DNA of 64,000 nt from an uncultured Chloroflexia bacterium (GTDB lineage Bacteria; Chloroflexota; Anaerolineae; B4-G1; SLSP01). The position numbers and the translations under genes were made by a program. The notes below the pieces were generated by a model that made no database searches, was not told the DNA's origin, and saw nothing but the letters and a program-made list of their open reading frames with translations. Shown here piece by piece: positions 1-11,556 of the stretch. Where the stretch lies: contig CAVVUS010000037.1 in NCBI GenBank assembly GCA_963751345.1, forward strand, positions 1-64,000, written 5' to 3'. Each line of letters starts with the position of its first letter. The first letter of the stretch is position 1.

Positions 1-258
1 ATCCTCGTCATCGAGAATGGCCGCACAAGACGCACCGTCCTCTACAACCCACACCACCCTGAGGGACGCGACGTACCACTGCCGTTAGGAGCAACGCACA
101 GTTTGGCCTATGGGCTCGAACTCGCCGACTTCGCCCAGGCCGTGCTCAAGGGCACACCCCTGACGGCGACGCCCGAGGACTCGCTGGGCGACCTGCGGAC
201 CGTGTTGGCAATGTACCGTTCCGCGGAAAGCCGTCGATGGGAGAAGGTGGCGGACTGA
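1..258 (+). CDS. Gfo/Idh/MocA family oxidoreductase, C-terminal fragment (5' end outside window)
   Basis: Frame 1 is open from base 1 to TGA at 256-258 and reads ...ELADFAQAVLKGTPLTATPEDSLGDLRTVLAMYRSAESRRWEKV, the typical Gfo/Idh/MocA C-terminal helix pattern. Confidence 0.7.
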   Translation: MLVIENGRTRRTVLYNPHHPEGRDVPLPLGATHSLAYGLELADFAQAVLKGTPLTATPEDSLGDLRTVLAMYRSAESRRWEKVAD

Positions 259-280
259 CTGACGCCGGGAAGGAGCAGAA

Positions 281-2048
281 GTGTCTCAAACCATCGTGAT
301 CTGGGGAGCAGGGCGGATCGGTCGAGGCTTTGTGGGCGACCTGTTCGCCGAGGCAGGGTACCACCTGGTCTTTGTGGATCAAGCCGTGGACCTCGTCGCA
401 AGCCTGCGGGAACGCGGGCACTACACGGTCGTGCACACGGACGGTCAAGCGCGACAGGACCGCGTCATCCACGGATTCGAAGCCCTTTCGACGGCACAAG
501 CGACGGAGGTCGCTGCCGCCGTCTCGACCGCCGACCTGATGGCCGTGGCCGTTTTTCCCGGGCGACTTCGCCACTGTAGCGCAACAACTGGCATCCGGCC
601 TCGTTCTCGGACATGCCGAACGTCCCGAGAGGTCGCTGGACGTCATCCTCTGCACCAACCTGGCCCACGCCGGCCCCGCCTTCCACAAGCCGTTGTTGGC
701 TGCGCTGCCGCCGGACGTTCGCGCCTGGGCGGAGGCGCACGTCGGCATCGTGGAGAGCCTGGTCATCCGCATGGTAGCAGAGCCACCGACAGAGGAACTC
801 GTGCGGGACCCACTGCTCGTGTGGACCAACGGCTACGGGGAGTTCCCGGTGGAGCGCCGGGCACTTCACGGGCGGCTTTCCCGCCGGTGCCTGCCCTGCG
901 TCCGGTCGACGACATGCGCGCCGAAGAGACGCGCAAGCTCTACACGTACAACACCTTTCACGCCGCGCTGGCCTATTGGGGCGCTCTGCACGGGTGTGAG
1001 ACGATCGCGGATTGCTTCGCGGACGCCGTCGTCCTCGATGGCGCCGAAGGCGCACTGCGCGAGTCGTGCCGGGCATTGCAGGCGGAGTACGGCTGGAGCG
1101 ATGATGAAATGGCACGATGGGCCGACAGCGTGGTCAGCCAGACCGATAGTCCCGCGCTAGGCGATACCGTCGCTCGGTACGGCGCCGACCCCCGCCGCAA
1201 GCTGGGGCGCAGCGACCGCATCGCCGGCCCTCTGCTGCTGGCGCGCCGCCACGGGGTCCCTGCGCCATACCTGACGCGTGTACTGGCGGCGGCCCTGCTC
1301 TATGATCATCCCGACGATGCAGGTGCCGTGGCCGTGCAAGCGCAGGTCACGGACCTCGGGCCGGGTGGAGCCGCTCGTGCCCTATGTGGGTTTTCCGAAG
1401 AGGAGGCCGACCTCGTGAACCGGGTGAACGAAACCTACACGCAGCTTCAATCCGAGGCAGTCTGGTCAAAGCGGGTGCGCGAGGTCGGGGCGCTGGCCTT
1501 CCAATACGAGCAGACCTACCGCGGATGCGGCCAGTGCACGTTTGCCGCGCTGATGGACACGCTGGGCGAAATTGACGTACCTGTCTGCCGACGCTGCTTT
1601 CGAAGCGGCAACAGGCTTCGCCGGCGGGATCGGGCTGTACGGTGACGGCCCCTGCGGCGCGCTCCTCGGGGCATCGATGGCCTTTGGGTTGCTCTACCCA
1701 CGGCGTCGCCGGGCCTTCGACGGTGACCGGGAGAACAAGTACCGGACCTACGGGATGGTACAGCGGCTGCACGACCGGTACGTGGCCGAGTACGGAGGCA
1801 TCACGTGCCAGGCCGTTCACCGCGCCATCTTCGGCCGCCCCTACAACCTTCGCGATCCCAAAGATCGCGAGGCATTCGAGGCAGCCGGAGCACACGAGGA
1901 TAAGTGCACGGGCGTCGTGCAGCGAACGGCCGAGTGGGCGATGGAGATCATCGGGGAGGAGCGGTTCCTCCGCTGGGGAGGGATGGGCCCAACTCAGATC
2001 AGATCGCTAGATAGCCGCCGTCGACCGGCACCGCTGCGCCGGTCATGA
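281..2048 (+). CDS. Mannitol-1-phosphate 5-dehydrogenase (MtlD)-like protein fused to a C-terminal C-GCAxxG-C-C family redox domain; frameshifts near 560, 865 and 1575; exact 3' end uncertain
   Basis: GAGRIGRGF Rossmann motif, [11 protein letters not shown] and [11 protein letters not shown] MtlD motifs; then GCGQC, CGALLG, GGITC and DKC. Pieced from ORFs 281..1645, 693..1160 and 1572..2048. Confidence 0.75.
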
Positions 2049-2800
2049 AGGATGCCTCGTCGGAGGCCAGGAAGACGACCACGTTGGCGACCTCCATGGC
2101 ATCTGCGGGCCTGCGGATGGGCGCCTCCAATTGGTAGGTGCGTGCCTGGGTGCTGCTCTGCGATACCCAGGTCGGTTTCTCTTCCTCCATATGCGCCACC
2201 ATCGGGGTGCTTGATCCATCCCGGCAGCACGCAGTTGGCGCGGACCCGTACTACGCGTACTCGGCGGCGATGCACCGCGTCAGCATCAGAATGCCTCCTT
2301 TGGAGGCTTTGTAACTCACCGCACCGGTCCCCGACATCACCAGCGATTGCACCGTACTGATTGTGACGATGCGGCCTCCTCGCCCTGGGTGAGCGCCGCC
2401 CTGGGCCAGCATTTGTGCCCAACGCCGCGCGCGCACAGAGGAACGTGCCGGTGAGGTTGACTCTGATCACCTGATCCCAGTCTGCCAACGCCAACTCGTG
2501 CACGGTGGGGCGGGTGCTGATCCCGGCGCAGGCGGCGAGCATGTCCACACCGCCATAGGCTTCGACTGCCTTGGCGGTCATCGCGGTCATCCTTATCTCT
2601 CGTCGCCGATATCACAATGGACGGCAAGTGCCTCACCACCCTCGTCCGTACCAACTTGACCGTCTCGGCGGCGCCTTCGTCGCGAATGTCCCCCGACCAC
2701 CAGGTGTGCACCCTCGCGCGCGAGGCGTATCCGCATGCGCTCCCGATGCCCGACGCGCCGCCGGTGACGATTGCTGCCACGACCTTTCCAAATTTCCCAT
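1999..2800 (-). CDS. SDR family oxidoreductase (several frameshifts)
   Basis: Fragments give [29 protein letters not shown] (YxxxK) and [24 protein letters not shown] at 2800. Confidence 0.8.
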
Positions 2801-3015
2801 AGGAGTAAACCTTCTGTCAAAAACACCGAGTTTAGGGAACCGCTCGGTTGCACTGCTAGCCTGCCAGGCATCTTAGCATGTCGTCGAAGAATGTGCAATC
2901 TTCTCGACTGGCGACTGCCTGCTAACCAATATCTCATAGTTGACTACCTTCCCTAGTTCAGTATGTATTGGCGGGAGAGGTTGGCCGGCCCTGGGACTCA
3001 AGGTTGGAGCATATC

Positions 3016-3486
3016 GTGGGTAAAACTGATACTGAAGACAACCGCGTAGCCTTCGTGCCACTCACCGTGGAACGCGTGCGTGAGCTCTGGTCGAGGACCT
3101 ACAACCGGGAGGGGAAGCCGGACTGGTCGCATATCCTGCCCTATTATCACGAGGATATCGTCTTCCAGGATAGCATCCAACGCATCGAAGGCATCGACGC
3201 GTTCACCGCACTGTGTAACCGCCTGACGCGAAGATGCAAACAACTCCATATGGATATCAGATCCATCGTCGCGGCGCCGGACGGGTTCTTCCTGGAATGG
3301 ACTATGACGATGATGTTCAGGCGATGGCCCAGCTCCCCCATCCACGGATCCTCCAAGCTTACACTGGGCGCTGACGGCAGGATCATCCATCAGCGTGACT
3401 ACTACGACCTCTGGGGAGACATCTTCGACGGAATACCCGGATTCCGTCGCCTCTACCGGCGGTTCATGCGCCGCTACTTCGGATAG
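3016..3486 (+). CDS. SnoaL-like / NTF2 family protein
   Basis: YYHEDIVFQDSIQRIEG and GRIIHQRDYYD motifs; GGAG upstream of GTG at 3016. Confidence 0.8.
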   Translation: MGKTDTEDNRVAFVPLTVERVRELWSRTYNREGKPDWSHILPYYHEDIVFQDSIQRIEGIDAFTALCNRLTRRCKQLHMDIRSIVAAPDGFFLEWTMTMMFRRWPSSPIHGSSKLTLGADGRIIHQRDYYDLWGDIFDGIPGFRRLYRRFMRRYFG

Positions 3487-3499
3487 CGAGTTAGCATCA

Positions 3500-4420
3500 A
3501 TGAAACTACCCGATGAATTGATCTTTCTGACAAACGCGCACCTGCCGCAGAAAACGACAGATGCGCGTATGGATGGGCGCCTCTGTATCATCGCCGGCGC
3601 AACTTCTGGCGTGGGCTACCAGGCGGCGAAACGCCTGGCGCAGGGAGGCGCGACCATCGTCATGGTCTGCCGGAACGCCGAAAAAGCGGCACGTGTAGCG
3701 CAAGAGCTGAAGCAGGAGTATGGCGCAAGCACCGATGTGGTGATCGCAGACTTCACAAAGCTCACAGAGGTGCGTAAGGCCGCCAAAGCCATCCTGGGCA
3801 GATACGAGCGCATCGATGTCCTGATCAACAGCGCAGGAATCCACAGGACGCGGCGTACCTTTACCGATAACGGCATCGAGACCGTGTTCTGCGTGAATCA
3901 TCTGGCATCGTTTCTATTGACTCGATTGCTTCTCGATAGACTCAAGGAGAGCGCTCCTTCTCGAATAATCCAGGTGAATTCCGAAGGGCATCGCTTTGGT
4001 GGCCTCAATGTCAACGATCTGAACTGGAAGCGCAGGCCCTACCACGGACTCTGGAGCTATGGCGCATCCAAAGTGGCGCAACTCCTCACGGTCTGGGAGC
4101 TGGCGGAGCGGCTGGAGGGGAGTGGCGTCACCATCAACGCGATGCACCCCGGTGCCGTAAAGACCAATATCGGGATGGACAATGGCCCCCTCTACCGGTG
4201 GTACCGGCGCAACGTGGTGAACCGATTCCTCAAGGATCCGCGCATCTCCGGAGAAGCCATCTACTACCTTGCAGCTGCGCCGGAACTGGCCAACGTAAGC
4301 GGCAAGTACTTCAACCTGACGATCGATGAACCGCCCGCCTCCTATGTCATGAACCGCAACACCGGGAAGCGGGTATGGCAGATAAGCGAAGCGCTTACGG
4401 GTCTTGCCGAACGAGATTGA
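3500..4420 (+). CDS. SDR oxidoreductase (retinol dehydrogenase-like subgroup)
   Basis: GATSGVG, INSAG, VNHLASFLLT, YGASK and HPGAVKT motifs. Confidence 0.85.
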   Translation: MKLPDELIFLTNAHLPQKTTDARMDGRLCIIAGATSGVGYQAAKRLAQGGATIVMVCRNAEKAARVAQELKQEYGASTDVVIADFTKLTEVRKAAKAILGRYERIDVLINSAGIHRTRRTFTDNGIETVFCVNHLASFLLTRLLLDRLKESAPSRIIQVNSEGHRFGGLNVNDLNWKRRPYHGLWSYGASKVAQLLTVWELAERLEGSGVTINAMHPGAVKTNIGMDNGPLYRWYRRNVVNRFLKDPRISGEAIYYLAAAPELANVSGKYFNLTIDEPPASYVMNRNTGKRVWQISEALTGLAERD

Positions 4421-4444
4421 GCCTCAGCATCGGGGAGGGCACGT

Positions 4445-6071
4445 ATGGACTACGATGTGATTGTTGTCGGAGGCGGCCTCGCCGGACTGACGGCGTCAGC
4501 CTATCTCGCGAAGGCGGGACACTCGACACTCCTGCTTGAGAAAGAGGCTGCCTGCGGCGGCCTCGTGCACACATTCGAGCGCGACGGCTTCGTCTTCGAT
4601 GGCGGCATCCGGGCTATGGAGAATTCAGGCATCTTGTTCCCGATGTTGAGACACCTTGGCCTGGAGGTCATCTTTCGTAAAGAACCACGTATCCCTCGGC
4701 ATCGAAGACCGTGTCATACGCGTCGAATCCGTGGACAGCGTCGCAGACTATCGGACATTGCTCACAGAGCTGTACCCCGGAGACGCTGACGAAATAGCCT
4801 CGATCATCGAGCAGATCCACAGGATCATGCGCTACATGGACATCCAATATGGGATCGACAATCCCCTATTCCTCGATCCGAAGAAGGACCGCCAGTACTT
4901 CCTCACGGCGATCCTGCCATGGATGTTCAAGTACGCTCTGACCATCGGCAAAGTCAACGCTCTCAAAGAGCCGGTCGTCGACTACCTGCGACACTTCACG
5001 CAGAACCAGAGCATGCTCGACATCATCACGCAACACTTCTTCCGGGACACACCCGCGTTTTTCGCGCTCAGCTACTTCAGCCTGTACCTTGACTACTACT
5101 ATCCGCAAGGGGGAACCGGCACATTGCCAAAGAGTCTCGCCGAGTTCTTCCAGGTACACCAAGGCACGATCAAGACTGATACGGAGATTGTGTCGGTTGA
5201 TCCGGGGCACAGACGCGTTGCGGACAGAGAAGGCACCACCTACACCTACGATACTCTGATCTGGGCGGCGGATCTGAAGTCACTCTATTCAATGGTGAAT
5301 CCCGACGCCTTCGACGACGATCAAGTCAGACACGCCGTGCACCAACGCCGGTCCGAAGTGCTCGACAAAAAGGGGGGAGACTCCGTCCTCACGGTGTACC
5401 TGGCCCTGAACCTCGATCCCAGCTATTTCGCGGATAGGGCAACCGAGCACTTCTTCTACACGCCCAGCAGGAAGGGTCAAACCCAGGCAGGTCCGGTCCC
5501 TATCGGTGAGCCACGTGAGGTAATCGAGGCGTGGCTGCAGAGGTTCTTGGCGCTGACCACTTACGAGATTTCGTGCCCGGTCATGAGAGATGAGACCTTA
5601 GCGCCACCCGGCAAGACCGGCCTCATCGTGAGCATCCTGTTCGACTACGCACTCACAAGGCAGATCGAGAGGATGGGATGGTACGATGAGTTCAAGACAC
5701 TCTGCGAAACGACTATGGTTGACACTCTGGACGGGTCAATCTTCCCGGGCATCAGGGACGCCGTGCTGGACCAGTTCTCATCCACGCCGCTGACAATATC
5801 GCGGACCGCCGGCACTTCAGACGGCGCCATCACCGGCTGGGCCTTCACTAACAAGCCTATGCCGGCAGAGAGCAGGCTGGCAAGGGTCGCAAACTCGGTA
5901 CGAACGCCGATCCCGCACATCTTTCAGGCAGGCCAATGGACGTTCAGCCCGTCAGGGTTCCCCACGGCTATTCTGACCGGAAAACTGGCGGCAGACCAGG
6001 CGACCAAAGCGCTCGCCGGCAAGTCCCGTGGGAGCAGTGTCCCCGCGGACAAGCGACTCAACTCAGGTTAG
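4445..6071 (+). CDS. FAD-dependent oxidoreductase, phytoene dehydrogenase (CrtI)-like; frameshift near 4680
   Basis: DVIVVGGGLAGL...LEKEAACGG dinucleotide fold, YYPQGG, and C-terminal TPIPHIFQAGQW...GFPTAILTG. ORFs 4445..4789 plus 4656..6071. Confidence 0.8.
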
Positions 6072-6115
6072 CCGGTGCTCTCATAGATCCCAAACCAGGG
6101 AATTCCACGTCCCGG

Positions 6116-8609
6116 ATGATGTCCGGCGCTGCTGTCGGGCAGAACAGCGCAGCATGGCCGGTCTTCCGCCACGACCGCCGGAACACCGGGCGTAGTCCGA
6201 TCCTCGCGGTCTACCGGCACGACCATCCCTGGATGTTCCAGACGGGCAAGGGCATCTTTTCGACTCCGGTCATCGATCGCGATGGTGCCGTCTTCGTTGG
6301 CTCGGCGGACCACAGCTTCTACGCACTGGCCGCCGACGGGCGCCTCCGCTGGCGCTTCGAGACCGGCGACATCATCGACTCCGCCGCAGCGCTGCCGGAC
6401 ACCGTCCCCGGCGAGCCCTCGCGGGTCCTCGTCCCGTCCGGCGATGGCACCCTGTACTGTCTCCAGCGCGAGACGGGCGAGGTGCTCTGGACGTTCGACC
6501 CGCGCGTAGCCCCACGGGCAAGTTACAACAACTGGTGGGAGGCCAACATCGCCCTGGGGGCCGACGGCACCATCTACGCCGGGAACACCAACTTCAACTA
6601 CTATGCCATCAGCCCCGAAGGCACCTTCCGCTGGACGTACGAGACGGGCGCCAACGCCTGGTCTTCGGCAGCCATTGCCGGCGATGGAACCCTGTTCTGG
6701 GGGTCGAACGATACCTTCGTCCACGCCGTCCGACCGGACGGTCAGCGGAGATGGCGGAAGCGTACCTTGGGCTTCATCGCTGCTTCGGCAACACTGAGCA
6801 CCGATGGCACGGTCTACATCGGGTCGTTCGACCACTGCCTATATGCGCTCGACGCCGAGACCGGTCGCACGCGGTGGAAGTTCCGGACGCGCGACCATAT
6901 CTACAGCTCAGCCGCACTCTCGGTCGATGCGCAGGGAGAGACGAACGCGCTCTTCTTCGGCTCCGCCGACGGCGTCCTCTATGCCCTCGATCCACGAGGC
7001 ACGCTGCTCTGGCGTTACGACACCGGTGCCCCAATACGCTCGTCACCGGTCCTGGGACGCAAGCCGGAGGGCGAAGCTGGATGGATCGTATACTTCGGGG
7101 CTGGAAACGGGAAGCTATACGCGCTGGATACGGCAACGGGCCGACGCCGCTGGTCGTACGATACCACGCCCGATCTGGCAGAGCTGCGCGACCGCAATGA
7201 TCTGAACGGCTCGCCCGCCCTGGGACCGAGTGGCATCGTGATCGGCGGAGAGCACGGGCAGGTCTGGTACGTGCCCTACGACTACCCTCTCCACCACAAA
7301 GACCCGCGCGGCACCACCGCGCCCGGCGAAGAGGTACCCGAAGCGCGGGCCACGCTGGTCTACGTCACGCCCGGCGGAAACCTCAGCCCTACACTGCCGG
7401 AGTCACTTCCGACTTCCTCCATTATCACCCTGCGGCTGGTTGCCGGCGGGCAAGGAACGCCCCACGGCGCGCGGCTGTTCAACCGTCCGTTCTTCAAGCC
7501 GGGCCGGGCTCTGCACGTCACAACGGATCCGCCCTTCCCCTTCGATGCGCTGACCAGTGCCGACGGGCGCCACCTGCACGTCATTCCGAAGTCGTTTCTG
7601 GACCCTGACCGCAGCTACACGGTCCACGTCGAGGGGAACACCTACACCGGCGGCATGCACATTGGGGCCCTGACGCTCGGCGGGCGACGATCGGGCCGCT
7701 TCGAACAGGACATCACCTTCCGCACACCGGCTGCGACGCCGGCGCGCATCCCACTGACCTTGGCTGACGACGCCGTCTCCGCCTTCGAACTCACGCGCTT
7801 CGCCGTGCCGATTCCGACGATGATGCCCAGCCTCAACCAGATCGGCTTTGACTACTATGGACTGGATCGCCGGCGTCGTCGACATCGCCGAGCCCGATGC
7901 ACGGGGCGAGGGCAAGCTGATCCTCTGGGTCGTCGGCGGGCGGCGCAACGCCGAGGGCGTCTTGGTGAGCGATCCGGGGACGGATTTCGTGCTGCCTTTG
8001 AGCGGGCGCTACCGCGGCCAGGCCTTCCGCCTGGCGAACCGGGGCTTCAAGATGCGGATCACGGGGATCCCTATTCCCTTCGACACCTTCGAAATCCGTG
8101 GGGTACTGGGCACCGACCACCGTGTCGGGGATACGGCCACGGCGTATGCGCAGACGCGACCGCTCCGCATCCCCACCTTTGGACCGCTCCTGGTCCTCGC
8201 GGGCCTAGCGAGCAATGGATGGCAGCGTCTGCTGACGATGGCAACCTACGTCACGCGGCCCTACGCAGACGGCCCGGCAAACCGGCGTCCGGATGGCCTG
8301 ACCGTGAGTGCTCTAGAGAGCGGGCGGCCAACGCGGTCGCACGCCGGGCACGTCACCGCGCGCTTTGCTTCCGCTCCGGGAGACGGTGTCCCGGCGGCCC
8401 AACACCTGCCCGCGATCGTCCTCATCGATGAAACGCTCGGCGAGGCTGTCTCTCTCGACTACCAGGCCAACCTCACGCCGCTCACCGGCACCGGGGGGCG
8501 TCTCGATGGCGTCAGGTTGACCCTGCCCGCAGGCAGCCGGCTGCCGCAGGCCGTCACCGCCGTCGTCATGGTCGATGTCTTTCCGCTACACCGAGAGCGC
8601 CTGCCGTAA
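6116..8609 (+). CDS. PQQ-like beta-propeller repeat protein with a long C-terminal extension; frameshift near 7855; start uncertain
   Basis: Repeated YxGSxD..LYAL...G..RW.F/Y.T..I.SS units; reading continues in ORF 7848..8609. Confidence 0.7.
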
Positions 8610-8645
8610 GGCGAATCGCAATCTAGCCCAACACCGGAGATCTCT

Positions 8646-10035
8646 ATGTCAGCGACCAAGCTCGCTCAGCCGCAGCAGGCACGCCTGCCGCTCCGCTTCA
8701 AGGTCATCTACAGTCTCGGCGACCTGACCACCAGCGGGTCCATCGCCATCGTGATGTTCTATCAGCTCTACTTCCTCACCGACGTTGTGGGCCTCCGCCC
8801 GGACTCTGGCGGGCTGGGCCGTCGCCATCGGGCGGGTTTGGGATGCGATCAACGATCCCCTCTTGGGCGTGCTCTCCGATCGCATTCGCAGCCGGTGGGG
8901 GCGGCGACGCGTCCTGCTCCTGCTGGGGGCAGTGCCCCTCGGCCTCGCATTCATGCTGATGTGGGCCATCCCGCCCCTGGGACCGCAGGGGCTCGTTGCC
9001 TACTACGCGCTCACGTTTATGCTTTTCGATACGGCGTATACCGCGGTCCACGTCGGTTACAACGCCCTGACCCCGGAGTTGACGAAAGACTATGACGAGC
9101 GCAGCGACCTTAACGGGTACCGTATGGCCTTCGCCATCGCGGGCTCGCTGGGCAGCGTCATCCTCGTGACGGTCTTGAGCTGGTCGCTGGGCACCACGCG
9201 CCGGCTCTTTTCGATCGTGGGCATCGTCCTGGGGGTGCTGTTCGCCATACCGCCTCTCGTGGTTTTCCGCGTAACGCGCGACTATGCCACCGAGACACCG
9301 GACAACCCGCTCCCCGCCTGGGAAGCGATCAAGCACACTCTGGCCAGCAAGCCCTTCCGCATCGTCATGGCCGTCTATCTGCTGAGCTGGACGACCGCCA
9401 GCATCCTTTCGGCGATCCTGGTCTATCTGGCGAGCTATCGCCTCCGGATTCCCGATCAGGCTAACTACTTCGTGCTGGCGGCGCAAGGTTCGGCGATCCT
9501 GTTCATCCCGCTCAGCGTCAAAATCGCGCAAGTGCTCGATAAGCGCTGGTCGTTCATCATCGGCTCGGCGACGTGGATCGTGACCCTGCTCGGGATCGCA
9601 GCACTGCGCCCCGACCAGGTGCTGCTAGGCTACGTCCTCGCCGTGCTGTCGGGATTCGGCGTGGCCACGGCGTACGTCATCCCGTGGTCGATGCTGCCCG
9701 ACGTCATCGAGCACGATCAACTGCGCACCGGGCAGCGGCGCGAGGGCTCGTACTACGCGCTGGCGGCCTTCTTTCAGAAGCTGGGCACAGGGCTGGCGCT
9801 CTGGTTGATGGCGCAGTTGCTCGCCCTGACGGGATACGTGACGCCGCAGGCCGGCGCCGCAACCTTGCCGAAGCAGCCGGCTGCCGCCATCAATGCGCTG
9901 CGAATCTTCGCCGGGCCGGTATGCGCCGTGTTGCTCCTCGGCGCCATCCTGTTCGCGTGGAAGTATCCAATCAGCCGCCGCGTACACGCAGAACACCTGG
10001 CGGCCCTCGACCAGTTCCGGGAGGCGACGCCCTGA
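8646..10035 (+). CDS. MFS glycoside-pentoside-hexuronide (GPH) family transporter; frameshift near 8805
   Basis: WDAINDPLLGVLSDR.RSRWGRRR, PELTKDYDER and PDVIEHDQLRTGQRREGSYY motifs. Confidence 0.9.
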
Positions 10036-11498
10036 TGACAACACCCTACGAAGCGACGAAAGCAAGCCTGGACACCCACGATGTGCCGGCGTGGTTTCAC
10101 GACGCCAAACTGGGCATCTTCGTCCACTGGGGCCTGTACTCGGTCCCGGCCTATGCCCCCACAGAGTATGGCGACATACGCGAGACCTTCGGACGTGGGA
10201 GCGCGTTTCACTTCGCGCACAATCCCTATGCCGAGTGGTACCTCAACTCGCTCAAGTTCGCAGATGGCCCCTACCAAGCCTATCACCAAGCGACATTTGG
10301 CAAGGACTTCACCTACGACGACTTCGTCCCGCTCTTCAACGCGGAACTGCAGACGTGGGATCCCGGCGCGATGGCGGACGCCTTCGCCCAGGCCGGCGCC
10401 CGGTATGTCGTCCTGACCACCAAACACCACGATGGTTTCCTGATGTGGCCCAGCGCAACGCCGAACCCGCTGAAGGCGGGCTATCACGCTGCGCGGGACG
10501 TCGTGGGCGAGCTATCGGCGGCGGTCACGTCTCGCGGGCTCAAGATGGGCGTCTACTACTCGGGAGCGCTCGACTGGAGCTTCAATCCCGCGCGTATCGA
10601 CAGCGTCGTGGCCATGTTGGACAATGGCCCCACCGATCCGGCCTACGCCCGCTATGCCGACGCGCACTTCATGGAGCTGATCGACCGCTACGCGCCGTCG
10701 GTGCTCTGGAACGACATCGGCTATCCGGTAGCCGGCGAACAGGAACGCATCATGGCGCACTTCTACAACACCATTGCCGACGGCGTCATCAACGACCGGT
10801 GGGCGACCACGGCCAATTGGTTCAGGAAGGTGGCGCGCCTCTTCCCGTTCAATCGCCTGCTGGACTGGCTCGGGCGGCGGATGATCACCGGGGAAGGTAG
10901 CACGGCGAACATGCCGGTCAGCACCCACTACGACTTCCGCACGCCGGAGTACACCACCTACAAAGAGATTCGCCCGGAGAAGTGGGAGTGTTGCCGCGGA
11001 TTGGGCCGGTCGTTTGGCTACAACCGCATGGAGGGAGAGGAACACACCCTCTCGGTGACCGATCTGGTGCACTCATTCGTGGACATCGTGAGCAAGAACG
11101 GGAATCTGCTGCTGAACGTCGGCCCGCAGGCCGACGGCACGATCCCGGCACTGCAAATGGAACGCCTGCGCGGCCTGGGGAACTGGCTCGCCGTCAACGG
11201 CGAGGCAATCTACGCGACCCGCCCATGGGTGCGGGCCGAGGGCACCAGTGAGGAGGGCCTTCCCTTGCGGTTCACCCGCAAAGGCGACCGGCTCTTCGCG
11301 ATCACGCTCGGAGAGCCCACCACCGGTACGCTCACGATCAACGACCTGACCGTTGACGCAGAGTCCGAAGTCCACCTACTGGGTCACCCCGCGCCGCTAC
11401 AATGGGAACAGCGCGGAGCGGATCTCGCCGTCCATCTGCCGCAGGACCGCGCCGCGACGTGCGCGGTTGCGCTGCGCATCGCCCCCCAGCACGCATAA
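10035..11498 (+). CDS. Alpha-L-fucosidase (GH29)
   Basis: WFHDAKLGIFVHWG, VVLTTKHHDGF, LWND and VSKNGNLLLNVGP motifs; TGATG translational coupling to the transporter. Confidence 0.93.
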   Translation: MTTPYEATKASLDTHDVPAWFHDAKLGIFVHWGLYSVPAYAPTEYGDIRETFGRGSAFHFAHNPYAEWYLNSLKFADGPYQAYHQATFGKDFTYDDFVPLFNAELQTWDPGAMADAFAQAGARYVVLTTKHHDGFLMWPSATPNPLKAGYHAARDVVGELSAAVTSRGLKMGVYYSGALDWSFNPARIDSVVAMLDNGPTDPAYARYADAHFMELIDRYAPSVLWNDIGYPVAGEQERIMAHFYNTIADGVINDRWATTANWFRKVARLFPFNRLLDWLGRRMITGEGSTANMPVSTHYDFRTPEYTTYKEIRPEKWECCRGLGRSFGYNRMEGEEHTLSVTDLVHSFVDIVSKNGNLLLNVGPQADGTIPALQMERLRGLGNWLAVNGEAIYATRPWVRAEGTSEEGLPLRFTRKGDRLFAITLGEPTTGTLTINDLTVDAESEVHLLGHPAPLQWEQRGADLAVHLPQDRAATCAVALRIAPQHA

Positions 11499-11504
11499 AC
11501 CAGA

Positions 11505-11540
11505 GGAGCCCTGCCCGCCGTTAGCGGCGGGCAGGGCTCC
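11505..11540. terminator. Perfect 16-bp GC hairpin between convergent genes (probable bidirectional terminator)
   Basis: GGAGCCCTGCCCGCCG-TTAG-CGGCGGGCAGGGCTCC; no U-tract. Confidence 0.7.
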
Positions 11541-11556
11541 GGCGGGTCTTCCTCCC

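Noticed and set aside
1500-1960. Selenocysteine in the C-GCAxxG-C-C domain
   Set aside because: All motif cysteines are TGC; the TGA at 1643-1645 is in the shifted, wrong frame.
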